DNA from: Octopus sinensis
Taxonomy: Eukaryota
Assembly (NCBI RefSeq): GCF_006345805.1
Contig: NW_021836291.1
Location: 1 to 64,000, forward strand
DNA: 64,000 bases
Reading direction: 5' to 3'
The notes under the pieces are model-generated. The model saw only the letters and a program-made list of their open reading frames with translations. It searched no databases and was not told where the DNA came from. Position numbers and translations under genes: made by a program. The stretch's first letter is position 1; each line of letters opens with the position of its first letter. Positions 24,502 to 37,134 of this stretch are shown here, piece after piece.

Positions 24502-25857
24502 TTAATTAATTAATATAGTTTTTATATAAGCAATAACATCTCCATTTCCCAATATCCCTCGATGATCAATGCCGGGGAAAGCCTTGAGGGTGGCCCACGG
24601 ATGTCGTTGCTTACACTCCCGGAGACTGGAGAGGAGGACAGTGCCATCCCCGTCCGAGTAGTTCATGGTGGGGGAAGCAGGGAAGTGAGTCCAGGACTCG
24701 TATCTGTCCATGTCCGAATGCCTGTTCACCTGAGAGTAGCCAGCGTGTCTATTCCCTGCGAGTAAACACAATGCAGTTGGATATCCGAGGGGACCCTAAT
24801 CTGAGGGAGGACTGTCCTGTACAGTCGGAACATGTCCAGCATGGCATCCTTGTTGGGATCCTCCAGTTTCTAGAATGAGTGGTCGACGTACATTGATGAC
24901 CTCCACGTAATCATAGCTCGTATTGCCCACCCATACGGAGTCCTCGGTCGGGAAGAGTGCAAATGTGCTGGGAAATGTCCGGAGTGTGTCTCTGAATAAC
25001 TCGTCTTCCTTCAAATGGGCAAAGTTGACCCCTGAGTAATTGGGAAAGCAATACCAATGAGGACCCCTCTCAACGAAAGAGTGGACCCGTTGAAGGGGCC
25101 GGACACACTGATGAGTCGCCGAATATACTTCCTTCTCCACTCCACCGACCGACTCTCCAAAAAACGAGCAGAAAGCAAGCAGCCGTAGCTGTGGGCGAGG
25201 AGTGTGACGGGCCCAGAAGAGGAGTAACTAATCTCGACCAGGCGGGCCAGTCGGACAAACAATTCATCAAAGTTATCTAATGTGAGTACTCAGTCTAAAC
25301 CCAGTCCCAGTCGAAAGTCGAAGGGCACGCCGAGAATGTTGTCATTCCTCACGTAGGGGAGGACAGGCTTGTGGGAGACCAGTCCAGTTATGAACTGCGA
25401 GAAGTACCCCGTGAAAAAGTGGGCTGTCCTCATTGGGGAGGGAATACCAATGTACGAATCCCCCAGGAACTCCACCGAGTCCACATCCCCCAACTTCCCA
25501 GTCTTGATTTCCACGCCTGACTGATTGACGGGCAGTTGGAGGGATCTCGACCAGAGCAGTCTACAAGTCAGGCGAGTGGGATGCCTCAAGTTGTGGTGGT
25601 AGCATTTATCCACGATTGGCAGGAATGCGTAGAGGGACAGCCAGAGGAGGTAATAGTGCTTGGTCTTGGTTCTGCAGATACTGTACTTGTGGCCCGTCTG
25701 ATTCAGTTGGGCGTACAATTTGGAGCCCCCATCCCCGGGAACTATCACTGAGGAGGGGGAGGTCACCCAAGAAGAGGGGAGACAGTGTCCCATTCTGTCT
25801 TCCCGGCCTGCCCGAGGCTAAGGCAACCAAAAGTGTGGAAATTATGATAACAATCAT
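24502..25857 (-). CDS. PLA2G15: Lysosomal phospholipase A2 / LCAT-like lipase
   Basis: Signal peptide MIVIIISTLLVALA; LFLVPGDGGSKLYA; GVPFDFR; VTLLAHSYG (nucleophile); GDGTVLLSSL; GIDHRGIL; many mini-introns. Confidence 0.9.
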
Positions 25858-25889
25858 TCACCTCAATTTTTTAAATATGAAATGATTAC

Positions 25890-26954
25890 GGTACATATGT
25901 AGTAGTTGGCGGCCACTTTTTAGCGAATTTTAAAAAAACTATATTTTTTCCAGAGGAATCATCCCAAAAAAAAAGTGTGTCGCAACGGACACCAAATGAC
26001 TTTAAACATTGGCAGCTCTCCGGCTTGGAATTGCTACAGAAGGGGCTGTCGAAGTAAATCGAGTCTAAAAACTGGTATTTATATCATTAAAACTCAACAG
26101 GAACGTGGTTAGCAGGAACCAAAGTACCATTCGAAGATATAATCCGGTTTGTCTACCTGTGGGCAAAAAATATATCTTCTATGGAGATATGCATGGAAAA
26201 TCTTGGTGGGCTTCACATACAACCGTGGACTGGTCAATGTACATGCGTGAAATTTGCATGCTATCATTGACATCTCGTCAGAGATCCAAAATAGGTGTGC
26301 GTAAATTTATAATATAATAGGCGGTGAAGGAATGATTGTGGAAATTGACGAAAGTCATTTTTCAAAAAGGAAATACAACAGAGGCAGAATGTTGCCTGAG
26401 CAATGGGTTTTCGGCGGAATCTGCAGAGAAACGAACCAATGCTTCTTAGAAGCAATACCTGACAGAACAATGAAGACCCTTACGAAGGCTATTCTTGAGA
26501 ATGTAGAAGAAGGCACCATTCTCATATCAGACTGCTGGAAGGGTTATTCAACAAAAGATCTTCAGGATGCAGGATATCAGCACCTGCAAGTGAATCACAG
26601 ATATTGTTTTGTTGATCCAACTACGGGTGCACACACCCAACATATTGAAAGGTTTCCAATTATATAATTATTCCTTAGAATGTGGAGTAGCGCCAAATGG
26701 CGTAATAGAAAACAAAGGGGAACAGTCAGACAACACCTTAATAGTTATTTTACGGAGTTCATTTGGCGACAGACAGCCAAAAAGAAAGAATTTGAAACAA
26801 TCATGGAGTGCATTAAAAAAAATAATTAATAATTTTGTATAAAAATAATTAATTTTTTTATAGTAATATTATTTAAAAAAGGTAATTATTCACCAAAAAA
26901 TATAGTTTTTTTAAAATTCGCTAAAAAGTGGCCGCCAACTACTACATATGTACC
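25890..26954 (+). mobile_element. Merlin (IS1016/ISXO2-like) DNA transposon with ~60-bp TIRs, 7-bp TSD and intron-containing transposase
   Basis: TIR GGTACATATGTAGTAGTTGGCGGCCAC... at both ends; TGATTAC on both flanks; VEIDES...WVFGG...SDCWKGY...VNH...HTQHIER|MWS...YFTEFIWR; introns 26075-26100, 26295-26320, 26652-26678; one frameshift at ~26205; stop 26829. Confidence 0.93.
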
Positions 26955-27564
26955 TGATTACTTTTTAAGCACTGTCAAAAATCAACATTTATTTTAACTA
27001 TTAACCTGAAAAGGATTCATGGACGTGTCGGGAGGAATATTAAACTCGCACTTGCGGACAGGAATATTTAATCCTTCTCAGCCTCCGGGAATTCCATGAT
27101 ATCAACGTCTGTCCCACCAATATGTAAGCAGGAAGTCAAATAGCAAAGATCAGTCTGGCTGGGCACTCCTCATTCATGTCCGCAATTGAGATTGAGGTGT
27201 ATTCGAAGCACGGATCGACCTCACCTCGAACGAGTTTGCCGATGTGGAAGAATTGGTTAAGGGCAGAGTTCTACAACGATAGAGCGTGGAAAATAATCAA
27301 TCGATGAGAATACAGTTAAGGCTGTCATGATGGGTTCATGGGGAATTGAGGTACAAATATTGCAGAACTATCGAGTAATGAACGAATAATAATATATTTC
27401 ATGTTCAGTATGCAGTTTTCATTGGCGATAAATAAAACTTATTTTAAAAGCATAGAAGAATCAGAGAATGACCAATATCCTCATAATGACTCGAAAGTGG
27501 GTAATGACCAAATGACAAATACGTTTCCATTGTTTATTATTTAGTACAGTCAAATGACCACCCT

Positions 27565-28949
27565 TCAAAGTGAGGAGGCTGCAATGGAGAACTGATAGGG
27601 GTTGAGTCCACTAGTGAATATCAACTCCTCCAATCCCTCCACTCGATGGTCTACCAATCAAGCAAGACTGGCCAACATGGACTACTCCTAATCCACCCAG
27701 CCCGCACAAAGTAGAGCCAACAATTGAACACCTCCTTCCTCGAGTAGACCCCCACTTCAATTGGAACAAATGGTTCGAGGCTGGCAAATCCCTGTTCATA
27801 TCACCAGTCAACCACCTCCTCTGTCAGCAAGTACTTTGGAAGGTAATTGTCCTTGCCCGTGGGGGTGATTGCATCCACTGAGAACACACAACTCATCCCC
27901 ACTGTCGGCCTCCTCACCAAATTAATGAAATGTCTTATCAACACAAATTTGTTGGCGTCTCTCTACCAACTGACCAGGAGATAGCACCTTCCAAAATGGT
28001 CGACTCCCAATCCGGTGATCCCGCCCATCCCACAAGGCATTAACCCCGTCCACACACACCATCAACCGGAATCTGCTGGAATGAGGGGAAAGTACTGCTT
28101 CCCAGCCTGCAGCCGCAATTCCTGGAGGACTGCCTCAACACAGTCGCAGGCGTGGATGGGTCGGGCGATTCCCTGCTCGACCACCTCGAGGAGAGGACAT
28201 CCCTCAGCACTCGTCTCCCGTCTACTCCACACTCGAGTCTTCTCTGTCCGAATCTGACAGTCAAATTGCAACAAAACATCGAGTTTGGTCAGAACTCGTC
28301 TGTTCTGTGTTCTGAAATGGGTAAGCCACTCCACAGCCTGTGCTGGCTGGGGGATGTTGAGGGGGTCACATTCCAACTGGGAGGGGGACTGATTGCTGTA
28401 CAACCAGGAGAGGGCTGTCATGTTAGTCAGAGAGTACGTTTGTGCAAATGGACGACCACCCAGTCGTTGTGGATGCAGTAGTGGAGAACGTGGGCAATGG
28501 ACATGCTCTTTCCACTCCCATTTGGCCCGTCTGGAATAATAATGGGAGTGATAACACAAAATGAATGACATGGGGAGGACTGACCGAGTCACATGTCTGA
28601 TCACCTGCAGGGAATATGGTCGAATCATGATTGGACATTCCCCCAGTGTTCGAGACTGTCCAGTCACACAACACAGTCACCAATTCGAGGTGGTATTTGT
28701 GGACTCCCCTCGGCACTATTTCTGTCATTCTTTCTGGGCTTGTCGTGTAGAAGAGTCCCACGTGAGACTCGTCGTGATCAGACTATGTAAATGACGACTG
28801 TCTACTGGGTTGTTTGTAGGACACATCACTGAAGGGTATTTTTGGAGGTTTTCGAGGTCCTGGCTTTGTATGTGACCTTGTAGTGTGGACAGCCTCCCAG
28901 TAGTCACACGGTTTTGTAATTTTTTGAAAAACCCCAAAAGACCAATCAT
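27565..28949 (-). CDS. DAP3: Mitochondrial ribosomal protein S29 / death-associated protein 3
   Basis: P-loop GPNGSGKSMSIAHVLHYC; RVWSRRETSAEGCPLLEVVEQGIAR; YLPKYLL...GFASLEPFVPIEV; many mini-introns. Confidence 0.9.
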
Positions 28950-29199
28950 GAGTTCGTTATTCTAATATTTTTATATTATAATCACAACTACATTAAATAT
29001 TAAATAAATAATAACTGATGCGTCTAATTCTACATTCTGATTGATTTCTTTCCCGAATTTTATGATAACTAAGAGGATAGTCCACCACTGTCATTTTAAT
29101 TATGCATATTCGATGAGTCTTTTTAAATAATATTTTTATTTTATCAGAATTGTGAATTTACAAATATAATTAAGATTATTCTGTCATGTGGCAAGTCAT

Positions 29200-29913
29200 C
29201 ATGCTTTTTTATCACCAAGTCATGACTAACTATTCTTCCACATATAACTTATTGATACATAAAATTCGGAAGCATAAAAGACAGGCCAGTTTATTTGCAC
29301 TCCCCGTCAACATATTTGTATGGAGGAATCCGTTCTACACATTTGTCACAATTATTTTGATTCTTCTTTCTATCAGGTGTCCACTGCCGCGTGATTATTT
29401 CAGGTTAACAGGGTACTTCCCATCTTTGTTGTTCTTCTTCGGAGTGTGTGTTATGTCCAACTTTAATTTGACTTTGCTGACAAGTTTAAAGGTCGAGTCC
29501 TCCAAATTCGTGACGAATGAGTTTGGCATGACACCACCCCTTTAGGCTTGCCGCTGAAATAATTGAAAACGAGGAGAAATCCTTATCGACCATTTTATCA
29601 ATAATGTGGGTTCTCATAATATATTTCAAAAACATGATTACTTATATAAACCTGCGGGTATTTCCTTTGTCAAATCACTATAGACGTTGGGAGTATTCTT
29701 CTACATTTCCAGTGTCTTGCTGATTATCTCTTTTATGATTTTGTACGAATGGATTGTTCCCAGTTTGTGTGTGCTGAGTATTTCGATGCGTATACGAGTA
29801 GTGTTATTCGCCACCATCTGGGCGGGGCTGAGGAGTGTCAGTTTGTGGGCGTGGTTATTGCCCAGGCGACAGGCCGTGACCGAATTGAGTAGTTTGGATC
29901 TCTCTGCCGACAT
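29200..29913 (-). CDS. Hypothetical multi-exon gene (unassigned)
   Basis: Exon-like frames MSAERSKLLNSVTACRLG... and GGVMPNSFVTNLEDSTFKLV...; no motif recognised. Confidence 0.25.
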
Positions 29914-30240
29914 GGACTGTTTTGTCGACTCGTTTGTCCCTGATGATTATTCTGGCGACTGGGACAAACAAATGTGAGGATATTTTTATGCTATCTTTTG
30001 TGTGTGTATATTTTATTTGTCTTAATTAATTTTGATGGATTATCCTGATTTTGTATTCCTCTTCTCTGTCGTATTCTCTAGTCCTTTAATTACTATCGAG
30101 TATATTTAAGACACATGTTCACATTATTAAATGTAGTGAATTAATTATAATCAGTTTTCTATCAAATTACTCAATTGAATAATGATGCCACTAATCCGAT
30201 TATTCTCATTATAAAGAACAGATATGTTAATTTTTATGAT

Positions 30241-31007
30241 TTATGTTGGCTTTGCTTCTATTCTTATTTCCAAATGTGCGAATATTAAATGACGAATTAG
30301 CATTTTTCTGGACTGACTGCCACCGAGAAGCAACAGTTCCTCGATTCGCACAATCAGCGTCGAGCAATGGTCAACCCTTCTGCCACAAATATGCAGAGAA
30401 TGGTAAAAACAACTTGCACTGATCGTCAAGAAATGGGACCAGGGTTTGGAGGACATTGCGTTCAGTTCTGCCAGAACGTGTGTATTCGAACACGTGAACT
30501 CCGGAGAAAACATCCACTTTTCGACAAGTTTATTGTGAGAGTTGAGATTGCACAGAAAAGCCTGCTCCTGAAAAGATTGTATCCTCGTTCTACAATGAAT
30601 ACAAGAACTACAACTATTCTACTAATCAATGTGAAGCAAACAAGATGTGTGGTCACTACACACAAGTACTGATTATGTAATGGTAGGTCGTCTGGGCAAA
30701 ATCAGACAAACTGGGCTGTGCTACATATTTGTGTGAAAACATAGTCATTTCTGGCAAATACCATCAGGGGTATCTCACTTTCTGCAATTACTTGAGCTTG
30801 TTTGTTATTTTCTCCATTATGGGCACAGTGGGAACTACAAAGGCGTCCGACCATACATTCCTGGGCCCTCCTGCACTCAGTGTCCTTCTACTGCTCCATA
30901 TTGCATAGATCAACTCTGTTCAGGTTACTTTATCATTAGCCTTTTAGATAGTCGGGATAACAAGTCTTCTTTCAGAAATGCAGGAAGGTCCACAAATTGG
31001 TTATTCA
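30241..31007 (-). CDS. Hypothetical multi-exon gene (unassigned)
   Basis: Chain of exon-like frames (MNNQFVDLPAFLKEDLLSRLSKR; LIYAIWSSRR...; HVLAELNAMSSKPWSHFL) separated by short GT-AG segments. Confidence 0.35.
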
Positions 31008-31470
31008 TTGCAGTTTTTCTGTCACTCGTTGCTCTCTAACATCGCCCATAATTATTATTTTGGCCTAATTTAATTTTTCTTTCGATACACACTTTGAAAC
31101 ATTTGTCACCAATTTACAATACCAAAAGCAATTGAAAAAAAATTGAGTTTGAAGGGTTTTGTTAAAAAACCAAAATTCTATCGATAAATCACAACTTTAA
31201 GGGGGAATTCGATTGAAAAACCATTACAGCTCATTAAAAGTTGGTTTTATTTTCAAAATGAGTAAACTTTGATATGCAAATTCCACAAATCAGCTTAATG
31301 CCCAGAAACAGTCGAATACTTTTGTAGAACGAGGTCACTATTATCTGCTGACTTTTGTCTGTATGAGGATATTTGCAGATCGACCACTTAGTTTGCCTGG
31401 TAGAATACATAGAGTTATCACTATTCCTTGTTTGGAAAATAAATTTTAATTAATACATTAATTAAATAAG

Positions 31471-32034
31471 ATGACTGTTTTACGTGTGGTCACTTTTCGT
31501 TTTCTATTCCCTCGATTTAGAACTCACAAGAAGGGGCCACGGGGTATATCTCATGCCACACTGACGATTAATTAGAGACTGTTTCTTTTTATAACTACCC
31601 ATACATTCCGCCAAAGCAGAGTGCCCCCTTGGAGGGGTTTTCGGCTTCCTCATATCGAGCCCACTTGGAACGACTTGGCATGGCCAATCTTGACGAGTGC
31701 TGCGCGGATGTCGACCTGCTCGTCCTCGACCAGGTTACTTCAACTGACTCGGGATATTGCGACAAGAAATGTTTTATTTGTGAAAAGAAAATCGAGATAA
31801 ACTACAAAGTAAAATATTATTTAAGTGTAGAATTCTCGACTTTTGAGTCAGTTTGTCTCGTCTGACACAGGACGGATTTATGGACGGGACAAGACTGGCC
31901 TGTGCATGCCAATGCAGAGGGAAGTCACTCGACAGATCATCAAGGCTCGTCGGTGTGGATACATGCAAATGTATTCAAAGGATCATCGCTTTTTCAAAGA
32001 TCCTCTGATTTGCTCTTCTTTTTCTAAAAAATGA
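31471..32034 (+). CDS. MRPS18C: Mitochondrial ribosomal protein S18C
   Basis: KKCFICEKKIEINYK...LSQFVSSDTGRIYGRDKTGLCMPMQREVTRQIIKARRCGYM...KDHRFFKDPLIC; 5' exons uncertain. Confidence 0.85.
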
Positions 32035-32184
32035 CTTTGGATATGTCAAAATTTAACTATTCGGCACATTACTTATAATTATTCTTCCCCAAACAACCTG
32101 TGCGGTGTCAATGGTTATGTAACAAGGAACTGTAGAATCCCAGCCTGGTCGCTTTGTTTAAGCTGACGATAAAACAACGAGATT

Positions 32185-32400
32185 AGTTAGTAGCCTCGAA
32201 CTCTCTGACATGCAGGAAGCCGGTTGCTATTAAGCGACGTACAACGTGAGCCGGTTGCTCCCAAATATATCAAAGCGGTATTGCCGGTGTACCAGAACAA
32301 GTGGTAGACGGAGATTAGATTGGAGTTAAAAGCGTGGCCGGGCCTTCTTTCTGGTTTTTATTTTATGTAATCGCGTCCGCAGAAAAGTCTTGAATCACAC
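32185..32400 (-). mobile_element. LINE 3' end, same family as 34055-35650
   Basis: Reverse complement contains gcaaccggcttcctgcatg...gctactaactaat, matching the ccggcttcctac + (TAAC)n tail at 35595-35648. Confidence 0.55.
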
Positions 32401-33068
32401 GTTCTTTTCTAGCAATAGTGATTCTGATTCATCAATTTCTGGGGGAGGTGCTTGGCTTAAGAGATTAAATAAACATTGTTGCTCATTAAGGACACACTGC
32501 TAACAATCTTTATCACTCTAGCAGACAATTTAAGGCTAAAAGAGGAAATGGAAAAGACAATTTATTTCTTCCTAAAATGATGGGTTTCCGCTCTACTTGC
32601 TCTAAAGTTTTTTTGCTGTGTTAAACAATCGCATAAAATAAAACTCTCAAATTATGAACAACAAAAACAAAAATTTGAAAGAATTTGAGCAGAAATTTGC
32701 ATGTTTCCATAAAGAGAACAAAGGCAGGTCCTCCCTCGAGTTTAATATCCTTACACCCAGTTTGGCCTGAATTTTAACTTCTTATAATTCTAGAAGAATA
32801 AAAATTGTTGGCAAAAATTTAATTTTGTAAAGATATGTTAAAAAGTCAAAACCTTCATTTTTTATTAATGTTTTTCGGGACCTCGATTAATTCTTAATAA
32901 GAGTATACGCCCTTAGTTAGAGGTCTGTATTACAAAATAGTTTGAATTTATTATTTTAAATATTATCTGTTAATAAGCAGTGCGGTTATTTATGAATTGA
33001 AAGCAGATAAAAGTAGCACTGCCATGATAATCACGTTTTTCACTAGACACAATCCTTTATTTAGATTA

Positions 33069-33579
33069 TAGGGTTTCTCGATCTATTTCAGATTTGTCGC
33101 AACCAAAATCAGATTTGTTGCAATCAAAATCAGAAAAATATTTCAATTAGTAAAAATTTAAAGTGAAAAACATTGAATCTCCAGTTTTATAGCTGATAAT
33201 GCACGAATAAATTATTATTTGGATGTAAAGGAATTTATCAGTTCTAATGATTTCAATTTGTTTTTTCTTCCCCCTTATTCGCCCTTCCCCAATCCCATCG
33301 AAAATATTTTCTCTGTTTGGAAAAATTTAGTTATAAGAGCTGAAGCTCAAAATGAAACGCAACTAAAGAACTTAATTCCCGAAAAATTACTGAAATAACC
33401 CGAGAACATTGTGATTCTTTTTATAGAAAAATACTCGGTTATATTTGTATGTCGGAGAGAGGAGAAATAATTAATGAATAAAATTTCTTTTAATAAATGT
33501 TGTTTTTAACTTTTCTGATTTTGGTTGCAACAAATCTGATTTGGTTTGCGACAATTCCGAAATAGATCGAAAAACCCTA
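33069..33579 (+). mobile_element. Internally deleted Tc1/IS630-like transposon with ~65-bp TIRs and TA TSD
   Basis: ta-tagggtttctcgatctatttc ... gaaatagatcgaaaaacccta-ta; internal IADNARI...FLPPYSPFPNPIENIFSVWK (second D and E of the DDE triad). Confidence 0.88.
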
Positions 33580-34054
33580 TAATAAAACATTTACTTGGGG
33601 ACTTTTCGATGTAGTTTCAGTCGATTTAGAATTTGAAATACTTTACTAAAACATTCACCTGTTAGATTTTCTGGTACATTTGTAGTTGTTTTTAGGATTA
33701 AAAATGAATTATAAAATTCAATAAACGAAGGAAAAGTTTGTTTTGCAAGATAATGCCAAATTGAGGCACTAACTGCACGCTTCTCCAGATTGTTTAATAA
33801 TCTTCCATTAATAAAAATTCAAAGATCATTTAAAAGTTACAATGGGGAATATCTGCGACAGTCAAATATCTTTATCCAATAATCTTATTCCCAAAAAGTT
33901 GCTTGATCGCAAAATGTTGTCGCACAGCCTACTTTATTAGTATCCGCCCAATCAGGCTAACAAATACGAAATAATTTTTACTTTCAAATACCGGTCACAA
34001 AAATAAAAACAAGAATTGGTTTCGTATTCAAATTTCTTACTTTCTTACTTTTCT

Positions 34055-35650
34055 GGAAAAAATCTGTTATCATTCCAATTCTGAGCCCAACAAAGACCCC
34101 TGCGACCCCGCTCATTCAGGCCAATCTCACTCATCTCTGTCCTATCAAAAATCTCGAAAAATTGTCCTGAATTCAATCTACCCTTTCCTCACTCTATCAA
34201 AGTCACAACATGGCTTCCGTCCGCAGCAACTCAAAAACTACACATCATCTTATCTAACAAGATTCATCGCAGACGGATTTAATAACTACTCCCCTCCCAT
34301 CGAACTATCCTGGCCTAAATTGATATCAGTAAGGCTTTTGACCGGACTTCACGACATGTCCTGAGCTCAAAAATCTACTCTTCTCTATTCCCATCATCTG
34401 AAAATCTGGCTGGGTAGCTTCTTCTGGTAGACTGGCTCAGACAAAATTCGGGTCAAAAAACTCCCGATTCCGCTACTTACCTAATGGGGTCCCTCAGGGG
34501 TCCTGTCTCTCTCCAGCCCTCTTCAATCTACACCTCAGTGATATGCCTACTAATTCGGAAACATTACTCCTCTCGTACGCTGACGACATAGTGATTGCTT
34601 CAAGAAAAAATTCCATCGAAGCTGCAACAAACTCACTTCAAGCTCTCTAGACTCTCTGACCAATGGCTAGGATCTAACCATATGACTCCTTCTGCGTCCA
34701 AATCGTCCATCACTGTTTTTACATCTGATAAAAGACAATTCAACCAAACCCAGTCCTCGATGTGGCCGGCGAAATAATTCCTGTCATAAAAAACCCGAAA
34801 ATTCTTGGAGTGTATTCGATCAATGCCTATCTTTCACGCAACACGTGGAGCTCATTTCCACCAAAGCCAAACGAAAATTGAATGCACTACGTGCCTTATC
34901 TGGACAACTTACGGCCAAGCCAAAGAATGCCTCACTTTGGTTTACAAACAATTTGTCAGAACATCTATGAACTATGCTAGTCCAGCATGGTCATGGAACT
35001 TGTCTCATTCAAACCTCCAAAAACTCCAAAGAATCCAAAACTCAGGGCTACGCACAATAACTGGCTGCCTTGCATCCACTCCCATCGATCATCTTCATTG
35101 GGAGTCCTGTATCCTTCCGGTCGATGACCATTTGACGATGAGAGGACTCCAATTCCTACAGGAAATACAAGATTCTTCTCATCCAAGTCACAAAATCTCT
35201 ATTCCAGAAAACAAAAGACACATCATTTCTACTCTGGCCGATCAATGTAGATGTCTATCAAAAATACTCTCAACCAACAATGGGAAAACTGCGAATAAAC
35301 TAATCCATGACCACATCTCCACTCGTGCTATCAGGATGCTCAAAAACAACAAACTTCTCAACTCTCCCCCCCCGCCGGTCCACTCCTCAGAGCAATCACT
35401 CGGCAGATATCTCCGTGTCCAGCTTGCTCAGATTGTGTCCAGCTTGCTCGGGACATCATCCACTGATTTTTGAAACTACCGTTCCTTCACCCCCGAAGAC
35501 CTCTTCCCCTGTCCTGGACCGCCTCACTTCTCCGCCTATTGGGATTCGGGATCTCTGGGAGCGCCCGATCTTCGCGTCTCGCTACCTGATTGCAGCCGGC
35601 TTCCTACGTTGTTAGTGAAGCCGGGGTAACATAACTAACTAACTAACTTT
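34055..35650 (+). pseudogene. 5'-truncated I/Jockey-like LINE RT pseudogene with (TAAC)n tail
   Basis: KKSVIIPIL...RPISL...QHGFR...DISKAFD...GVPQGSCLSPALFNL...SYADD...LVYKQFVRTSMNYASPAW; several frameshifts. Confidence 0.9.
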
Positions 35651-36582
35651 CATCAAAAAATTTGTATCATCTTTTCTCATCTTGAAATTAATTTCAGTTA
35701 ATTTCACCTGCTGAGAAACAATGCTTCCTGAGGAATGTTTATATTCCATATTGCAATTCTGGGTCACGTTTTGCAGCTTCTTCTAATGTTTCGTTCCATC
35801 CCTGCTGTCGTTTTTATTATTCATAACCAGAATCAACATATTTGATGCGGCTGGGCTGACGCTGAAACAATACTTGTTATGTCATTTAAAAACTGCTTTT
35901 GAATACTTTGCGAAGTGACTAACTAAATCTTTAAGTAAACTTCATACAATATTGTGGAACAAAGCTACAAAGAACAGCATTTACTGTATTCCGATAATTC
36001 ACTTTTTATATTCTGGAATGAAAAAAGTTATTTGTACTAAAAAAGGATAGTTCTTAAATGACTTTTTATAAAAGACTATAAAATTTATTTATTCATTTCG
36101 TTGTTTTTTATTCTTTGTTAAATGTAGTAGCGCAGAATGAGACATATTTTCCTCATCATAATTTTATTTTGCAATCATAATCTTATTTACAAATTAAATT
36201 GGTTTCTGGCCGAGTAAATTGAAAAAGCGATATAAATTATGAAAATTATAGAAAAATAATAAAATTACTTGACAATGTGGGATGTCATAAAATCATGGAA
36301 TGCTCAAATATTGAGTTTTATTTTTGTTGAAAAATGTAACACCTTATCTCGAACATTAGATATGAGATCAATCAAGACTTTTAAAGATTGTTACTCCAAT
36401 TATCTTGTTCAGTTTTTGTGTTTTCAAGATGATGAAAATGAATTTAAACGATCGATTAACAAAATACTCCTTCGTCAGGTAGTCATCAGAAATTAATGTT
36501 GGGAAGATATGGTAGACAATCAAGAATCAGCTCAAGCAGGTTAGCACGTGATCGTAGGTTCATAAGGATGTGATATGATTAA

Positions 36583-37134
36583 TCACCTATTAGCAACAAC
36601 TTGTCTGAATTGCGTCCTATACAAGCGAATTTTCGCACTTAAGAGTAATATGGTTATCCAATCATGCTGTTTTTGATTCTTACGACGATTCCAGCAGATT
36701 TGCGTACAAAAAGAAATACAAACACATGTAGTGCTCTTTTCACGACGTCGACCGATGCTGTAAAAACCTCCTGGCACTACGTTTGCACAACAGAGGATGA
36801 AAACAATATCCGTCGACGGTCCGCATCAAAAACAACTTTAAGGCTGACACATTTCCATACCAAGCCTTCCACAGATTCCGAACATAAGGGAGTTATTGCT
36901 TAGCAAAAGTCTGTTGGAAGAAAAAAACAACGTCTTGTATTAGTCCCAGAAATGTTGTTCATAAACCACATTCAAGCTTGTGTGTTCAAAATGGAACGTG
37001 TTTAAAATAGGACTCGGACATGATGATTGAATTGCTTTACGAGGAATAGCTAAGGGTAGGAATGGGTATAAATCCGGACAGAGGGTATAAGCGAAGACTA
37101 TCACGCCGAATAGTGTTACAAACATTCCGAACAT
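36583..37134 (-). CDS. Hypothetical membrane-anchored protein
   Basis: N-terminal hydrophobic MFGMFVTLFGVIVFAYTL; the frame continues if a 33-nt GT-AG segment containing the TAA (~36934-36966) is spliced out. Confidence 0.3.

Noticed and set aside
36934-36966. In-frame TAA suggesting stop-codon reassignment
   Set aside because: It lies within a removable GT-AG segment, and the conserved genes (RPL4, UBE2A, NTMT1) show no in-frame stops at conserved positions.
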